Shown here piece by piece: positions 37,603 through 47,103 of a stretch of DNA of 62,818 nucleotides. The stretch is from a virus (Duplodnaviria; Caudoviricetes), in the IMG/VR virus record IMGVR_UViG_3300030329_003652, positions 1 through 62,818 of that record; one strand, given 5' to 3'. The first letter of the stretch is position 1; each line of letters begins with the position of its first letter. The position numbers and the translations under genes are program-made. The notes below the pieces were generated by a model that searched no databases, had not been told where the DNA came from, and saw nothing but the letters and a program-made list of their open reading frames with translations.

Positions 37603-38046
37603 ATGCCAACAAAATTAGATGTAAATACAGGAAATACTGACCTAGGTAAGAAAATCTGGGAAATACATCAAAAAAACGAAGAAACACATGTAAATGCATA
37701 CAAAGAAGCAGTTTGTTTTGGTTGTTTGAAAAATGATGCAGCAGGTGCAGGTATTTTTGATATTTGTGGTGATTGTGCAGGTAAAAGGGGTAGAGAAGCA
37801 CTTTTAGTATCTGTAAAGCCAATTTATTACGGATTATGTTATTTTTGTGGAGAATATAAGTTTAATATGGAGCAAATTAATGTTAGATTATGTAAGAGAT
37901 GTCATGAAAGAGTTGCAAAAATAATGAAAAAGTATAATCAGCAAGGTGGTCAGTTTGGTTCTGATCCGTTTTGGCAACGTATGAGAAAGAAACATGGTAA
38001 AGATTGGAAAATAATTATGTCAAAAGGACTTGGTAATAAAAGATGA
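37603..38046 (+). CDS. double zinc-finger protein
   Basis: Four CxxC motifs. Confidence 0.65.
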   Translation: MPTKLDVNTGNTDLGKKIWEIHQKNEETHVNAYKEAVCFGCLKNDAAGAGIFDICGDCAGKRGREALLVSVKPIYYGLCYFCGEYKFNMEQINVRLCKRCHERVAKIMKKYNQQGGQFGSDPFWQRMRKKHGKDWKIIMSKGLGNKR

Positions 38047-38152
38047 TTTTTAAGAAATATCCACAACTTTATGCAATAGTTATACCTGCAATATCAGTTC
38101 CTATTATGTTAGGAATTACATTTGCAGTAATGAAAATAGAAGTGGTTATAAA

Positions 38153-38272
38153 ATGAGTATTCAACCATGCCCAAAATGCAAGGCTACTAAAGGATGGAAG
38201 TGGACTTGGGGTAAAAATGATGGACAGTCAAAAGGATTCTCTACATGTAATGGGTGTGGTGCAAAGTTTTGA
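38153..38272 (+). CDS. 39-aa zinc ribbon (not in ORF track)
   Basis: CPKC...CNGCG. Confidence 0.5.
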   Translation: MSIQPCPKCKATKGWKWTWGKNDGQSKGFSTCNGCGAKF

Positions 38273-38314
38273 TATGTAATGAAGGTGGTTGGTTTTGGTT
38301 TACAAACTGGTTTT

Positions 38315-38761
38315 TTAACTCTTGTCAGGTTTTAGGATAAAGTTAAGTCTATCCAACTCATAATCATAATATCTGTGATCATAATCAATTATCTTGTTTT
38401 TATGCTGTATGTTTTCACTATAATGTCTATCTACTTTCCAAGACAAAAGTGGTTTTCTTAGAAACTTTGGAAAGAATTCTAATCTCATTTTCTTTTTGTT
38501 AAATTTCATTTTATCATAAAGAACTAATTTTGTCTTATCTGTAGCATATTGGTCAACACTACCATTTCTAAAATGGACAAGAGATTTTTGTAACAATGGT
38601 TTTTCTTTTAAATCATTTGTATTTGTCACAACCCATATTTTTGATTTTTCATGAATAAAAAGGTCATTAATTTTAATTTTTCTTAATGGTTCTTCTAAAT
38701 ATCCTTTGTAAATATGTTCAAACTCATCTACACTGTCATAAATATATATCGATGATGCCAT
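38315..38761 (-). CDS. hypothetical protein, antisense to the head block
   Basis: 148-aa ORF with its own TATA-like element. Confidence 0.6.
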   Translation of the reverse strand: MASSIYIYDSVDEFEHIYKGYLEEPLRKIKINDLFIHEKSKIWVVTNTNDLKEKPLLQKSLVHFRNGSVDQYATDKTKLVLYDKMKFNKKKMRLEFFPKFLRKPLLSWKVDRHYSENIQHKNKIIDYDHRYYDYELDRLNFILKPDKS

Positions 38762-38848
38762 TGATTTTTTAGGTAATACTTATTAATAAATCCTTTCTCA
38801 TATTTCTGTGGATAGATGTGCTAGGTGTAATAAAAAATACGAAGGTGA

Positions 38849-39088
38849 ATGGCAAGAATGTTCGGATTGCATAAAAAAGTTTTACCCAGAAACTTAGAAT
38901 GTGATAACTGTGGTGCTAAAATATATAGATATAAGCACGGTGATTTAAAAATAGGTTTATGTTATAAATGTGGTAAATTTGAATGTAAAACATATGATGC
39001 AGAGTCAGATGAATTATTCTATCTTTTATCAGATGATCCAGAGTTACTCCTTAATATGATAGACACAGGATTTCTCGAACCGATTTAA
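38849..39088 (+). CDS. zinc-ribbon protein
   Basis: CDNCG...CYKCG; start uncertain. Confidence 0.5.
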   Translation: MARMFGLHKKVLPRNLECDNCGAKIYRYKHGDLKIGLCYKCGKFECKTYDAESDELFYLLSDDPELLLNMIDTGFLEPI

Positions 39089-39119
39089 TCTTTAAATAAG
39101 TAAAAAACCCAATAGGTGT

Positions 39120-39368
39120 ATGTTCGAAATGATTGACGAGCTATTCTCAGAAATAGTAATAGGATTGGTTATGGGAAGTGGTGGTGCATTATTAGCATAT
39201 TTTAAGAAACTTTCCAATACACAGAAAAACCTATGTTTGGAGATACAACAACTCCGAAAAGCCCTTATTATTTTGGCAACAGCACTAGATAGACAATCTA
39301 ATAGACTTCATGAAGAAGCCGATTCAGATTTAGAAGACCTAGTGGGTAAAGTTTTAGACGATAAGTGA
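39120..39368 (+). CDS. single-TM plus coiled-coil protein (holin/lysis-like)
   Basis: N-terminal TM followed by amphipathic helix. Confidence 0.5.
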   Translation: MFEMIDELFSEIVIGLVMGSGGALLAYFKKLSNTQKNLCLEIQQLRKALIILATALDRQSNRLHEEADSDLEDLVGKVLDDK

Positions 39369-39426
39369 TTCGTGAATGAACAAATCATCCGTAATGGTTA
39401 TATACATGCTTTAATCTGATACTTCT

Positions 39427-39687
39427 ATGGTAGATCCAGTATTAATAACTGTTGGAGCAGCAGTAATTGGTGCAGGTTTAAACACACTACGAGGATACCT
39501 ACATAGACAAGATGAATCTTTCTCTGCAAGGAAATTCGCAGGTGCTTTAATCATATCCACCTTTGCAGCCATTGCTATTGGTCAAACAATCGCAACTGAA
39601 GGCATTGGAGATATTGGTTTAGCCTTAATAGGTTTGACCACTGGTTTTGCAGCTGATTTCGCAGTAACCAAAGCAAAGAAAGAGTAA
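39427..39687 (+). CDS. three-TM holin-like membrane protein
   Basis: Three Gly/Ala-rich TMs and a basic C-terminus. Confidence 0.55.
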   Translation: MVDPVLITVGAAVIGAGLNTLRGYLHRQDESFSARKFAGALIISTFAAIAIGQTIATEGIGDIGLALIGLTTGFAADFAVTKAKKE

Positions 39688-39768
39688 ATGGCTATGTTTT
39701 GGGTGAATAACCCAACCATTCTACCTTTTTCCCATAATATTTATATGTAATTTCACTGATTTTTCTAT

Positions 39769-41682
39769 ATGTCAGATAAAGTATTCTTTAATGGTTTACA
39801 AACATCATTAAAGTCAATGTCACCAGTAAAATCTGATGAACGTTATTTTGAAGGTCTTTTAACAGTAGAAATGAAGGATAAACAAGGAGAGATTACAATA
39901 GTAGATGAATTATACAAAGTATTACCAGTATGGATGGATAGAGGAGCACCTATTTCAGATACACACTCTAATAGAATTATAGGAAAAGGTATCAATTATG
40001 CAAAAACTGTTGTAAAAAACGACAAAGGTGAAGAATTACCTGCAATTAAAATTACTGGAAAGATATTCAAAAACTATCAACTAGATAATGTTATCTGGGA
40101 TAAGATTAAAAATAAAGAGTATAAGGGATTGTCGTTTGGTGGTGCAACCAGAACAAATAGAGCACCTATTGTAATGAAAGATGGTTCTATTGCTTATGCT
40201 CTAAAAGATTTAGAACACTATGAGGTTGCAGTTTGTAAAGATCCAGCTGTACCTATGGCTTTAATTACAGATGTTAATCAAATCGCAAAAGCACACCATA
40301 ATGGAGTAGAAAGAGGTGACGGTAAGATGGTTATACAATGTACTTCTATGGGATGTTATGTCGAAAAATCAAGTGGTAACTATGTACCAGAGGTAGACCA
40401 AAACGAAGAAGTATGGGAAAAAGAAAAAGGTGTAGCAGGCAAAGGTGAATTATTCGTTCCAGTTAGACCTTCAAAACAAGGTAGTGATGAGTTTGATGAA
40501 GAAGGTAATCCAATTAAAAAAGATATAGATGGTAGATCAAAGGAGAAACCAATAGAAGATTCAGGTGCTACAAACACAGATAAACCACTTACTGCTAAAG
40601 AGTTTCCAAAAGCACAAAAAATACTCCATCGTAGTTCTACTGATAATCAAAACTATATAGAATCAGTTAGAAGACATGATAAAGAACAACCTTGGAGAAT
40701 AGGCAGAGATGGGTTGAAAGAAAAAAAACCTCCTATGAAAAGAAGATTTGATCCAAAACATTCATTTGCAGAAGATCAAGATGAATTTGAGGATATGTAT
40801 ACTAGACAAAACCAAATATTACGAGCATTTATTGACGATGTTGAAAAAGCAGATTTAGGAAAATATAGTACATTCCAAGCAAAAGTTGATGCCTTAGTAA
40901 AAGAAGGTTATCCTGAAGAAAATGCAAAGAGAATTGTAGGTGCTTTTGTAAAAGGAGAAAAGAATAAAGAAGCAGATGGTGGTACAGTTATGAGTAGTGA
41001 TGCAGGTGTAAATAACCCAGTTTATAATTCAAAAGATGAGAAAAAGAGAAAAGAAGAAGATGATGAAACTGATAAAGATCATTCGAATTCTGATGGAGAA
41101 TCACATAGTATGTTTAACCAAGATGTAGGTTTTGACCGTAAAAAGAACTATTTTGGTGGTATAAGAGAAAATTATGATGGTACAATCAAACAAGGTGGTA
41201 TGGAAGAAGAGGAAACAAATGAGATTCATAGACATAGAGAAAACCAAGAAGATGAAGATAAATATGATAAAGAGAAAGAAAAGAAGGAAAAAACAAGAGA
41301 TTTAGTTACAATTAACCAAAGTTTACAAAAACATGAAAAAACAATGTTTTTGAAAAGCTTGTATAAACACACAAAAGTTCAAATGCATTGTGGTAATTGT
41401 GGTTCTGAAATAAGTTTGAAAGCAAATGAAATAGCAAAGGTTGGTAAACATGGGGTTTCAACATGTCCTCATTGTGGTGTGACAGCATTGGGTGTTAGAA
41501 ATTGGGGAGAATCACCAAAAAATCAAAAATATAAAAAACCATTAAGAGAACCAAGACATGGAACAAAAAAACAAGAAGAAAGATGGGCAAAAAATAGAAA
41601 ATATAGAAACTTTATTGACGAAGCAGGTAAACACGAAGGTGGAAACATAGATAGTCCATTATTACCAGAATATAGAGACTAA
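39769..41682 (+). CDS. HK97-type prohead protease with long C-terminal extension
   Basis: DKQGE, DTHSN (His), YKGLSFGG (Ser), YEVAVC..PA; then ~440 aa of charged low-complexity sequence and a zinc ribbon. Confidence 0.85.
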   Translation: MSDKVFFNGLQTSLKSMSPVKSDERYFEGLLTVEMKDKQGEITIVDELYKVLPVWMDRGAPISDTHSNRIIGKGINYAKTVVKNDKGEELPAIKITGKIFKNYQLDNVIWDKIKNKEYKGLSFGGATRTNRAPIVMKDGSIAYALKDLEHYEVAVCKDPAVPMALITDVNQIAKAHHNGVERGDGKMVIQCTSMGCYVEKSSGNYVPEVDQNEEVWEKEKGVAGKGELFVPVRPSKQGSDEFDEEGNPIKKDIDGRSKEKPIEDSGATNTDKPLTAKEFPKAQKILHRSSTDNQNYIESVRRHDKEQPWRIGRDGLKEKKPPMKRRFDPKHSFAEDQDEFEDMYTRQNQILRAFIDDVEKADLGKYSTFQAKVDALVKEGYPEENAKRIVGAFVKGEKNKEADGGTVMSSDAGVNNPVYNSKDEKKRKEEDDETDKDHSNSDGESHSMFNQDVGFDRKKNYFGGIRENYDGTIKQGGMEEEETNEIHRHRENQEDEDKYDKEKEKKEKTRDLVTINQSLQKHEKTMFLKSLYKHTKVQMHCGNCGSEISLKANEIAKVGKHGVSTCPHCGVTALGVRNWGESPKNQKYKKPLREPRHGTKKQEERWAKNRKYRNFIDEAGKHEGGNIDSPLLPEYRD

Positions 41683-41735
41683 TATAAATCTAACACAATC
41701 TTTATATATGCACATATTTAAATATTCTTAATAAC

Positions 41736-42353
41736 ATGACTCTCGAAGAACTCAGAAAAGAAGAAAACGAGGAACATGCTGAGGAAAAAGAAGAATCCGA
41801 AGAAAGCAAAGAAGAATCATCTTCTGAAGAATCAAATAAATCATTTGATGAAGCTTTACTTCAAACAATTTCTACTTTGACCGAGCACGTAAAATCACTT
41901 TCTGAATCTCAAGCTGTTCTTGAAGGTAGACTTGCAAAAGCCCTTGAAGAAAAGCCTGAAACACAACTAGATGTAAAACCAGCTACTGATGATGACGAAG
42001 ACATTGGCGACGATGTTGTCGTACCAGATGCCTATCAATCAAATTCTCGTCAAACAGGATTAGATTCTGATAGAACAAACAATGACGGTGAGAAATCACC
42101 TGAAAAAGACGATAATGGACTTTCTATGCAAGAAAAATCATCAGCAGGTGAAAAAGTCAACTTTGACTTTACAACTGATACACCTAGACCATCAGCAGCA
42201 ATCGAAAGCGTAAACAAATCAGATTCTGAATCTGACTTGAATATGATTTTGAAAGATGCAAGAGATGGTGGCTATGATGGATTATCCCAAGTAGCTAAAA
42301 AGATTCTAAAAGGTGACTATTACACACCAACACAAGAGGAAAGGTTGTTCTAA
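41736..42353 (+). CDS. capsid scaffolding protein
   Basis: Acidic and coiled-coil; located between protease and MCP. Confidence 0.65.
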   Translation: MTLEELRKEENEEHAEEKEESEESKEESSSEESNKSFDEALLQTISTLTEHVKSLSESQAVLEGRLAKALEEKPETQLDVKPATDDDEDIGDDVVVPDAYQSNSRQTGLDSDRTNNDGEKSPEKDDNGLSMQEKSSAGEKVNFDFTTDTPRPSAAIESVNKSDSESDLNMILKDARDGGYDGLSQVAKKILKGDYYTPTQEERLF

Positions 42354-42354
42354 A

Positions 42355-43575
42355 ATGGTACAAATCAAAACTATTGACGAACTAGAAGCACTCTATTACG
42401 GATATAACCGTAACCTCATTCGAAAAGCTGACAGTCCTGTAACAACTTCAACAACTGGTGTTTTCAACGCCATTTTTGGAGCATATGCATGGGCACAACT
42501 TAACTTAGAAGCCAATGCTTTTGGTATTTTACCAAAAGTTCCATGGGATAAATCTGGTTGGCGTACCATTACGGCTAAACCAACTATGACCACAACCAAT
42601 GGTAATACAACTCTAGGTGGTACAGCAGAAGGAGGAAACATTGCTGAGACAGTAAAACCAACTTTACAAGAGATTGACATCAGACCAAAAACAGCTCAGT
42701 TGCCATTCAGTGCATCTGAAGTTATGGAATGGTTGGCAACCCACAGTAAAGACGACATTTGGGGTGGACTAGGTTCACTTCGTTTGTACATGGCTGTACA
42801 GCACAAAGAATTCCTAAATAGAATGTTACTAGCTGACGTTGAAAGTGAAGCAGCAGGTGCTAGTGGAAATAACTCTGGTACTACCAACTTTGAGACTCTC
42901 GACAGAATCATTTCAAGTGATGCTGAAGAAGATGCTCTAGGTGGAAGTCACAACGGTTATTATGATCCATGGGCAGCAAACGCTACTATCGATAGAGATA
43001 GTGGAACTACATTCGACTGTACTGTCGAATCAGCTTCAGGTACTATTGGTACTAATGGTGTCCTTACCGACGATACACTACGTACTTTCTTAAGAAAGAT
43101 CCGTATTGCAGCAGGTAAAGATCCAAACGTCTTCCTAGGTTCTCACGAAGTATATAGTGAGATTCAAGGACTATACATGCCTTCTGTCCGTATTCCAAAC
43201 CCATACGGAGAGCAGCTCGTACAAGTTGACGTTAACGGTATCCAAACATTCAAAGGAACTGGTGTCGGAATTCACGTAGACTCAATTTACGGAATCCCAT
43301 TCATCCCATCAAAGGATGCACCAAGCAACTCATCTGATTCAAGTGAAATCGGTAGACTATTTGCATTAGATACATCTGATGCAGAAGGATATGGTTATCC
43401 AAGAATCGGAATTCAAATTGCAATTCCAACTGAATACTACGAAGCAACTAGAAGAACCCCTGCATACCCATTCGTTAACAACGCATTTGTTGAGAAAGGT
43501 GTATACAGAACTATGGGTGAAACTGTTTGTCGTCACTTCAAGTCACAAGGTAAGATTAGAGATATTAAACTTTAG
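42355..43575 (+). CDS. major capsid protein (HK97 fold)
   Basis: Position and size; strongly biased codons; LPK.PW, EGG..., GIP, G.I.DI C-terminus; T-tract downstream. Start moved to MVQIK. Confidence 0.85.
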   Translation: MVQIKTIDELEALYYGYNRNLIRKADSPVTTSTTGVFNAIFGAYAWAQLNLEANAFGILPKVPWDKSGWRTITAKPTMTTTNGNTTLGGTAEGGNIAETVKPTLQEIDIRPKTAQLPFSASEVMEWLATHSKDDIWGGLGSLRLYMAVQHKEFLNRMLLADVESEAAGASGNNSGTTNFETLDRIISSDAEEDALGGSHNGYYDPWAANATIDRDSGTTFDCTVESASGTIGTNGVLTDDTLRTFLRKIRIAAGKDPNVFLGSHEVYSEIQGLYMPSVRIPNPYGEQLVQVDVNGIQTFKGTGVGIHVDSIYGIPFIPSKDAPSNSSDSSEIGRLFALDTSDAEGYGYPRIGIQIAIPTEYYEATRRTPAYPFVNNAFVEKGVYRTMGETVCRHFKSQGKIRDIKL

Positions 43576-43643
43576 TCATACTAAAATTCTCCCTTTTTTT
43601 ATTTTTTCTTTACACTTATATTACTGAATAGTATAAACAAATT

Positions 43644-43892
43644 ATGGGAAGTAGAGGTTGCCAAGACAGGTGTAATAATATCAAAGCTAAGATACATCCA
43701 CAAAAAGCATATTTAGGAAATTGTTATTGTAAGATGTGTTCTTGTTTTTTCTGGAATAAAGACCTTGTTACTAAATCTGGTCTTCGCTGCCCTTGTTGTA
43801 ATAATAAGGTTAGAATGAGTAAAATCAATAAAAAACGTAGACCTGTAAAACGTATAGGTGATAAACCTATATACAAACTAGAACTTAATTAA
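43644..43892 (+). CDS. CPCC zinc-finger family, copy 4
   Basis: CQDRC...YCKMC...CPCCNNKVR. Confidence 0.65.
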   Translation: MGSRGCQDRCNNIKAKIHPQKAYLGNCYCKMCSCFFWNKDLVTKSGLRCPCCNNKVRMSKINKKRRPVKRIGDKPIYKLELN

Positions 43893-43918
43893 GTTAATTA
43901 AGCTAACTTAGCTAAGTT
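43882..43918. repeat. two perfect 14-bp palindromes AACTTA(AT/GC)TAAGTT
   Basis: At 43882-43895 and 43905-43918. Confidence 0.9.
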
Positions 43919-43992
43919 TTTTCCTTTTTTAATACCTTATTTAACCCTTAATTAACACTATACTTTATATATCACCTTATTTTATAGCATAT

Positions 43993-44349
43993 ATGGCTAT
44001 AACTTCATCAGCAAGTGATTGGACAGCAGCTAATGTTGGTAAAACATTATCATTTCAGGCTGCCTTAACATCAAAACTAAGATGTTACAAAATCAAATGC
44101 ACTGCAGGGGGAAGCGATGCATACGCAACTAATGGCGTAGCAGCCGACTTAAAGGAAGGCAGAATCTCAACCCTAGTAGCAGTAATTCCTGAAGACAGTA
44201 GTGCCGACTATATTGTCAAATATGACAAAGCAAATGAGAAAATCAAACTCTTTACTGTCGGTGGTTCAGCAGGTGCTGCATTAGCAGAATTAGCAAATAG
44301 TACATCTATTGCTAACAAAACATTTGAATTTCTAGTATTTGGCTACTAG
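43993..44349 (+). CDS. putative capsid decoration protein
   Basis: Follows MCP; YATNG, YD...IKLF, AELAN pattern. Confidence 0.55.
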   Translation: MAITSSASDWTAANVGKTLSFQAALTSKLRCYKIKCTAGGSDAYATNGVAADLKEGRISTLVAVIPEDSSADYIVKYDKANEKIKLFTVGGSAGAALAELANSTSIANKTFEFLVFGY

Positions 44350-44411
44350 AGTCCTAAAACAGCCTTCTTTTTTTTCTAAAAGTTTATAAGTGTGTAGATA
44401 CGACTACATAT

Positions 44412-44681
44412 ATGGTAGAATACAACCACAATGTTACTACAGTAAACGCTGACGGTCTTATAAAAGGCGACCATGGTGTCATAGTATCAGTACATGTCTC
44501 AAAAAAAGGCAGTTCTGGAGCAAAATTACAACTCAAGAATGGAACTACAAGTTCAGGTGCTGTTGAATTTACCGTATTTGGTGAAGAAGTTCAAAACGTA
44601 TTAGATATTCATAGACGATTCGAGAATGGTATTTTTGCCGATGTCACAGGTTCTGCAGAGTATATCATCGTTTTTAAGTAG
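44412..44681 (+). CDS. small beta-rich virion protein
   Basis: RFENGIFADVTG jelly-roll-like pattern. Confidence 0.5.
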   Translation: MVEYNHNVTTVNADGLIKGDHGVIVSVHVSKKGSSGAKLQLKNGTTSSGAVEFTVFGEEVQNVLDIHRRFENGIFADVTGSAEYIIVFK

Positions 44682-44714
44682 CAAATTTAAATACTTAGCA
44701 TTTAATATAAGTAT

Positions 44715-45338
44715 ATGGCTACAACATACTGTACAGTGGAAGATGTTGCTGATTTTCTCAGAATCCCCATTACTGCTACTACTACTCCTAATAAAACACA
44801 GGTTGAAAAAATCATCAACCGAAAAGAAGAAGAGTTGGATAGACGGATTGGGCATACATTTGGGAGAACAAAACAGGTAGCAAAAGAAATTCACGATTTA
44901 CCATTATTGTATACTTATGGTTGGGGTACTCCAGTGTTTTTAAAACATAGAGAGTGTCAAGATTTTGATTCTTCAGCAGGTGATAAGATAGAAGTTTGGC
45001 AAGGTGCTGATTCATCTTATACTGATGTGTTACAAGATTCACAATGGTGGGATTTTGAACCAGTGTATGGCAGATTATTTTTCCGTGGATATATATTTAC
45101 AATTCTTAGAAAAAACAGAGTTAGAGTAACATACCGTTATGGTTCTGCTACAGTTCCATTAGATGTTGCTGATGCATGTATTAAACTGGTTGCAATAGAT
45201 ATATTGAACTCTAGTTTTAGAATGGATGTATTACCAGTTGGTGCAAATGGAATAGATGTAGCTTCTTCAAAAGCAGAATGGAGAGCAGATATTGAAAACT
45301 GTATTGAAAATCGTCAAGAGATATTCATGTTACCATAA
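44715..45338 (+). CDS. head-tail adaptor
   Basis: YCTVEDV; VRVTYRYG..TVPLDVADACIKLVA. Confidence 0.8.
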   Translation: MATTYCTVEDVADFLRIPITATTTPNKTQVEKIINRKEEELDRRIGHTFGRTKQVAKEIHDLPLLYTYGWGTPVFLKHRECQDFDSSAGDKIEVWQGADSSYTDVLQDSQWWDFEPVYGRLFFRGYIFTILRKNRVRVTYRYGSATVPLDVADACIKLVAIDILNSSFRMDVLPVGANGIDVASSKAEWRADIENCIENRQEIFMLP

Positions 45339-46627
45339 TGGAAGATAAAGACGGTTATATTGATTCTGCTGGCATCAGTGGAAAAGAATATGCAAAAAGA
45401 CCACATGAATCACAAATACCTTTTGTTCCAGAAAAAGAAGTGTTTAAAATGAAGGATATACCTAAATTTCAAAAAGGTCTTTATTCTGATTATATGAAGT
45501 CATTAGCTAGGAAAGCAAATCAAGAAATTTATACTAGGTTTGTAAATAGTGCAGATATTGATTTTATACCTGTGTTTGTTTATTATGATAAAATAAGTAA
45601 AAGTTTGAGAGTTAGAGTTAGAAAAGATTGGGTTGAAGCACAAATGGCAGTTAAAATTGATTTTATAAAATGGTTGAAAAAGAAAAGAAAATTCAAAGCT
45701 GCAAGAAAGTGGCAAGCATGGACAAACCCAAACTTTGAAGGAGTTTATGGTAAAGACTATATGCTCGGTGCACCACATGTTAAAGAGTTAAAAAAACAAT
45801 ACATAAAAGAAATGACAGAATCAGGTCAAGTGCATGAATTTATGAAGGGCAAGTTTAACAAAGATACAAAAAAACCACAATATTCGGTTGTTATGCGTGG
45901 TGTTAAAGAAGAGTTAAGAGAATATAAATATGATAAAAATAAAAAACATCTTCAAATAAACACATATTTATGGAACGCTCCTATAAAAGGAAAGGATTTA
46001 TTGGCGTTAGAAGATGACAGAAATGAAGATATTATTTGGGGTGGTTCTAACTTTCGATCATATCTTAGAGAAGGTGGGATTAGTGTAAAAGCTTACAATG
46101 AGATTATGAAAGGCGTACTTGAAACAGTATGGTATAATTTTGAAAGAATAGACGTTAATGCATTAACGGATGAAGGTGTAGGTGCGTTTGAGGATGAATA
46201 TTATGGAAGATTTCCAAATATTGTAAAAATAAGAGATTGGTTTGTTAATAAAGGAATATATGGTGCCAAACAAGGACACCAAAAATATAATATTGAAAAA
46301 TTTCAAAGTTTAAAGTCAAACAAAGCAAGAGCTAATTTTATAGATAGAGCAACCTTTATTATAGCAAATGAGATATTCATTAAAAATAACAACTTAGAAA
46401 AGGTTTATAAAAAATCAACATCCAAAAGTAATAGAGGAAATAGAATTTTATCTCAAAATGCAGGTATGAAAACTCCAATATCTACAGCAAGGAGATATAA
46501 AAAATATACAAAGGGGCGTAGTAAGAGGTCAAGTAGAGCAAAGAATTATGCAGATTGGAGAGAATCTAATAGAGAACTTGCAGCCAAATTAAAACGTGCT
46601 GATACACGAAGGAGAAGACAATCTTAA
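45338..46627 (+). CDS. large basic hypothetical protein in the neck/tail-completion slot
   Basis: FPN..KIRDW..KG...F.IA.EI resembles gp10-like C-terminal motifs; weak. Confidence 0.45.
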   Translation: MEDKDGYIDSAGISGKEYAKRPHESQIPFVPEKEVFKMKDIPKFQKGLYSDYMKSLARKANQEIYTRFVNSADIDFIPVFVYYDKISKSLRVRVRKDWVEAQMAVKIDFIKWLKKKRKFKAARKWQAWTNPNFEGVYGKDYMLGAPHVKELKKQYIKEMTESGQVHEFMKGKFNKDTKKPQYSVVMRGVKEELREYKYDKNKKHLQINTYLWNAPIKGKDLLALEDDRNEDIIWGGSNFRSYLREGGISVKAYNEIMKGVLETVWYNFERIDVNALTDEGVGAFEDEYYGRFPNIVKIRDWFVNKGIYGAKQGHQKYNIEKFQSLKSNKARANFIDRATFIIANEIFIKNNNLEKVYKKSTSKSNRGNRILSQNAGMKTPISTARRYKKYTKGRSKRSSRAKNYADWRESNRELAAKLKRADTRRRRQS

Positions 46628-47072
46628 TAAAAGAGTATATAGATATAAATGTATGACTACTAACTCTACTATGTATGATTCGGCAGATGACCTTAAGAGT
46701 CTTCTTCAGGATAATTGGACTCTTTCAACCACTCCTGATATAACGTTTGTTTGGGAAGAAAAATCCACTGGATTTGCAGATGATAGAAGGGATTTCATAT
46801 TAATCAATCCTACAAGTGAAAATCCACAATATTTCAGTTTATACGGTCAAGATTTTTTTCATGAGATTTATGTTACATTAGACGTTCATACATTTCAGAA
46901 TTTAGACCATAATTCAAATATAGTGAATGAAGTGTTCACAATTATTAAAAATAATATAAGAGGAACTAATTATGTCGATCTCATGCTCATAAATTCTTCA
47001 CATTCTAATGACTTATATAGGAATATATTTCGTCACACAATAACTGTGAGATTTAGAAAAATCAACCCATAA
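46596..47072 (+). CDS. putative tail terminator
   Basis: Directly upstream of the tail tube; true start likely a downstream ATG. Confidence 0.55.
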   Translation: MLIHEGEDNLNKRVYRYKCMTTNSTMYDSADDLKSLLQDNWTLSTTPDITFVWEEKSTGFADDRRDFILINPTSENPQYFSLYGQDFFHEIYVTLDVHTFQNLDHNSNIVNEVFTIIKNNIRGTNYVDLMLINSSHSNDLYRNIFRHTITVRFRKINP

Positions 47073-47103
47073 TATTTATAAGTAATCCCTCGTTTCTTTT
47101 TAT

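Noticed and set aside
38808-38897. Possible frameshift joining a short CxxC ORF to ORF 38849
   Set aside because: No convincing slippery site; two overlapping micro-ORFs explain it equally well.
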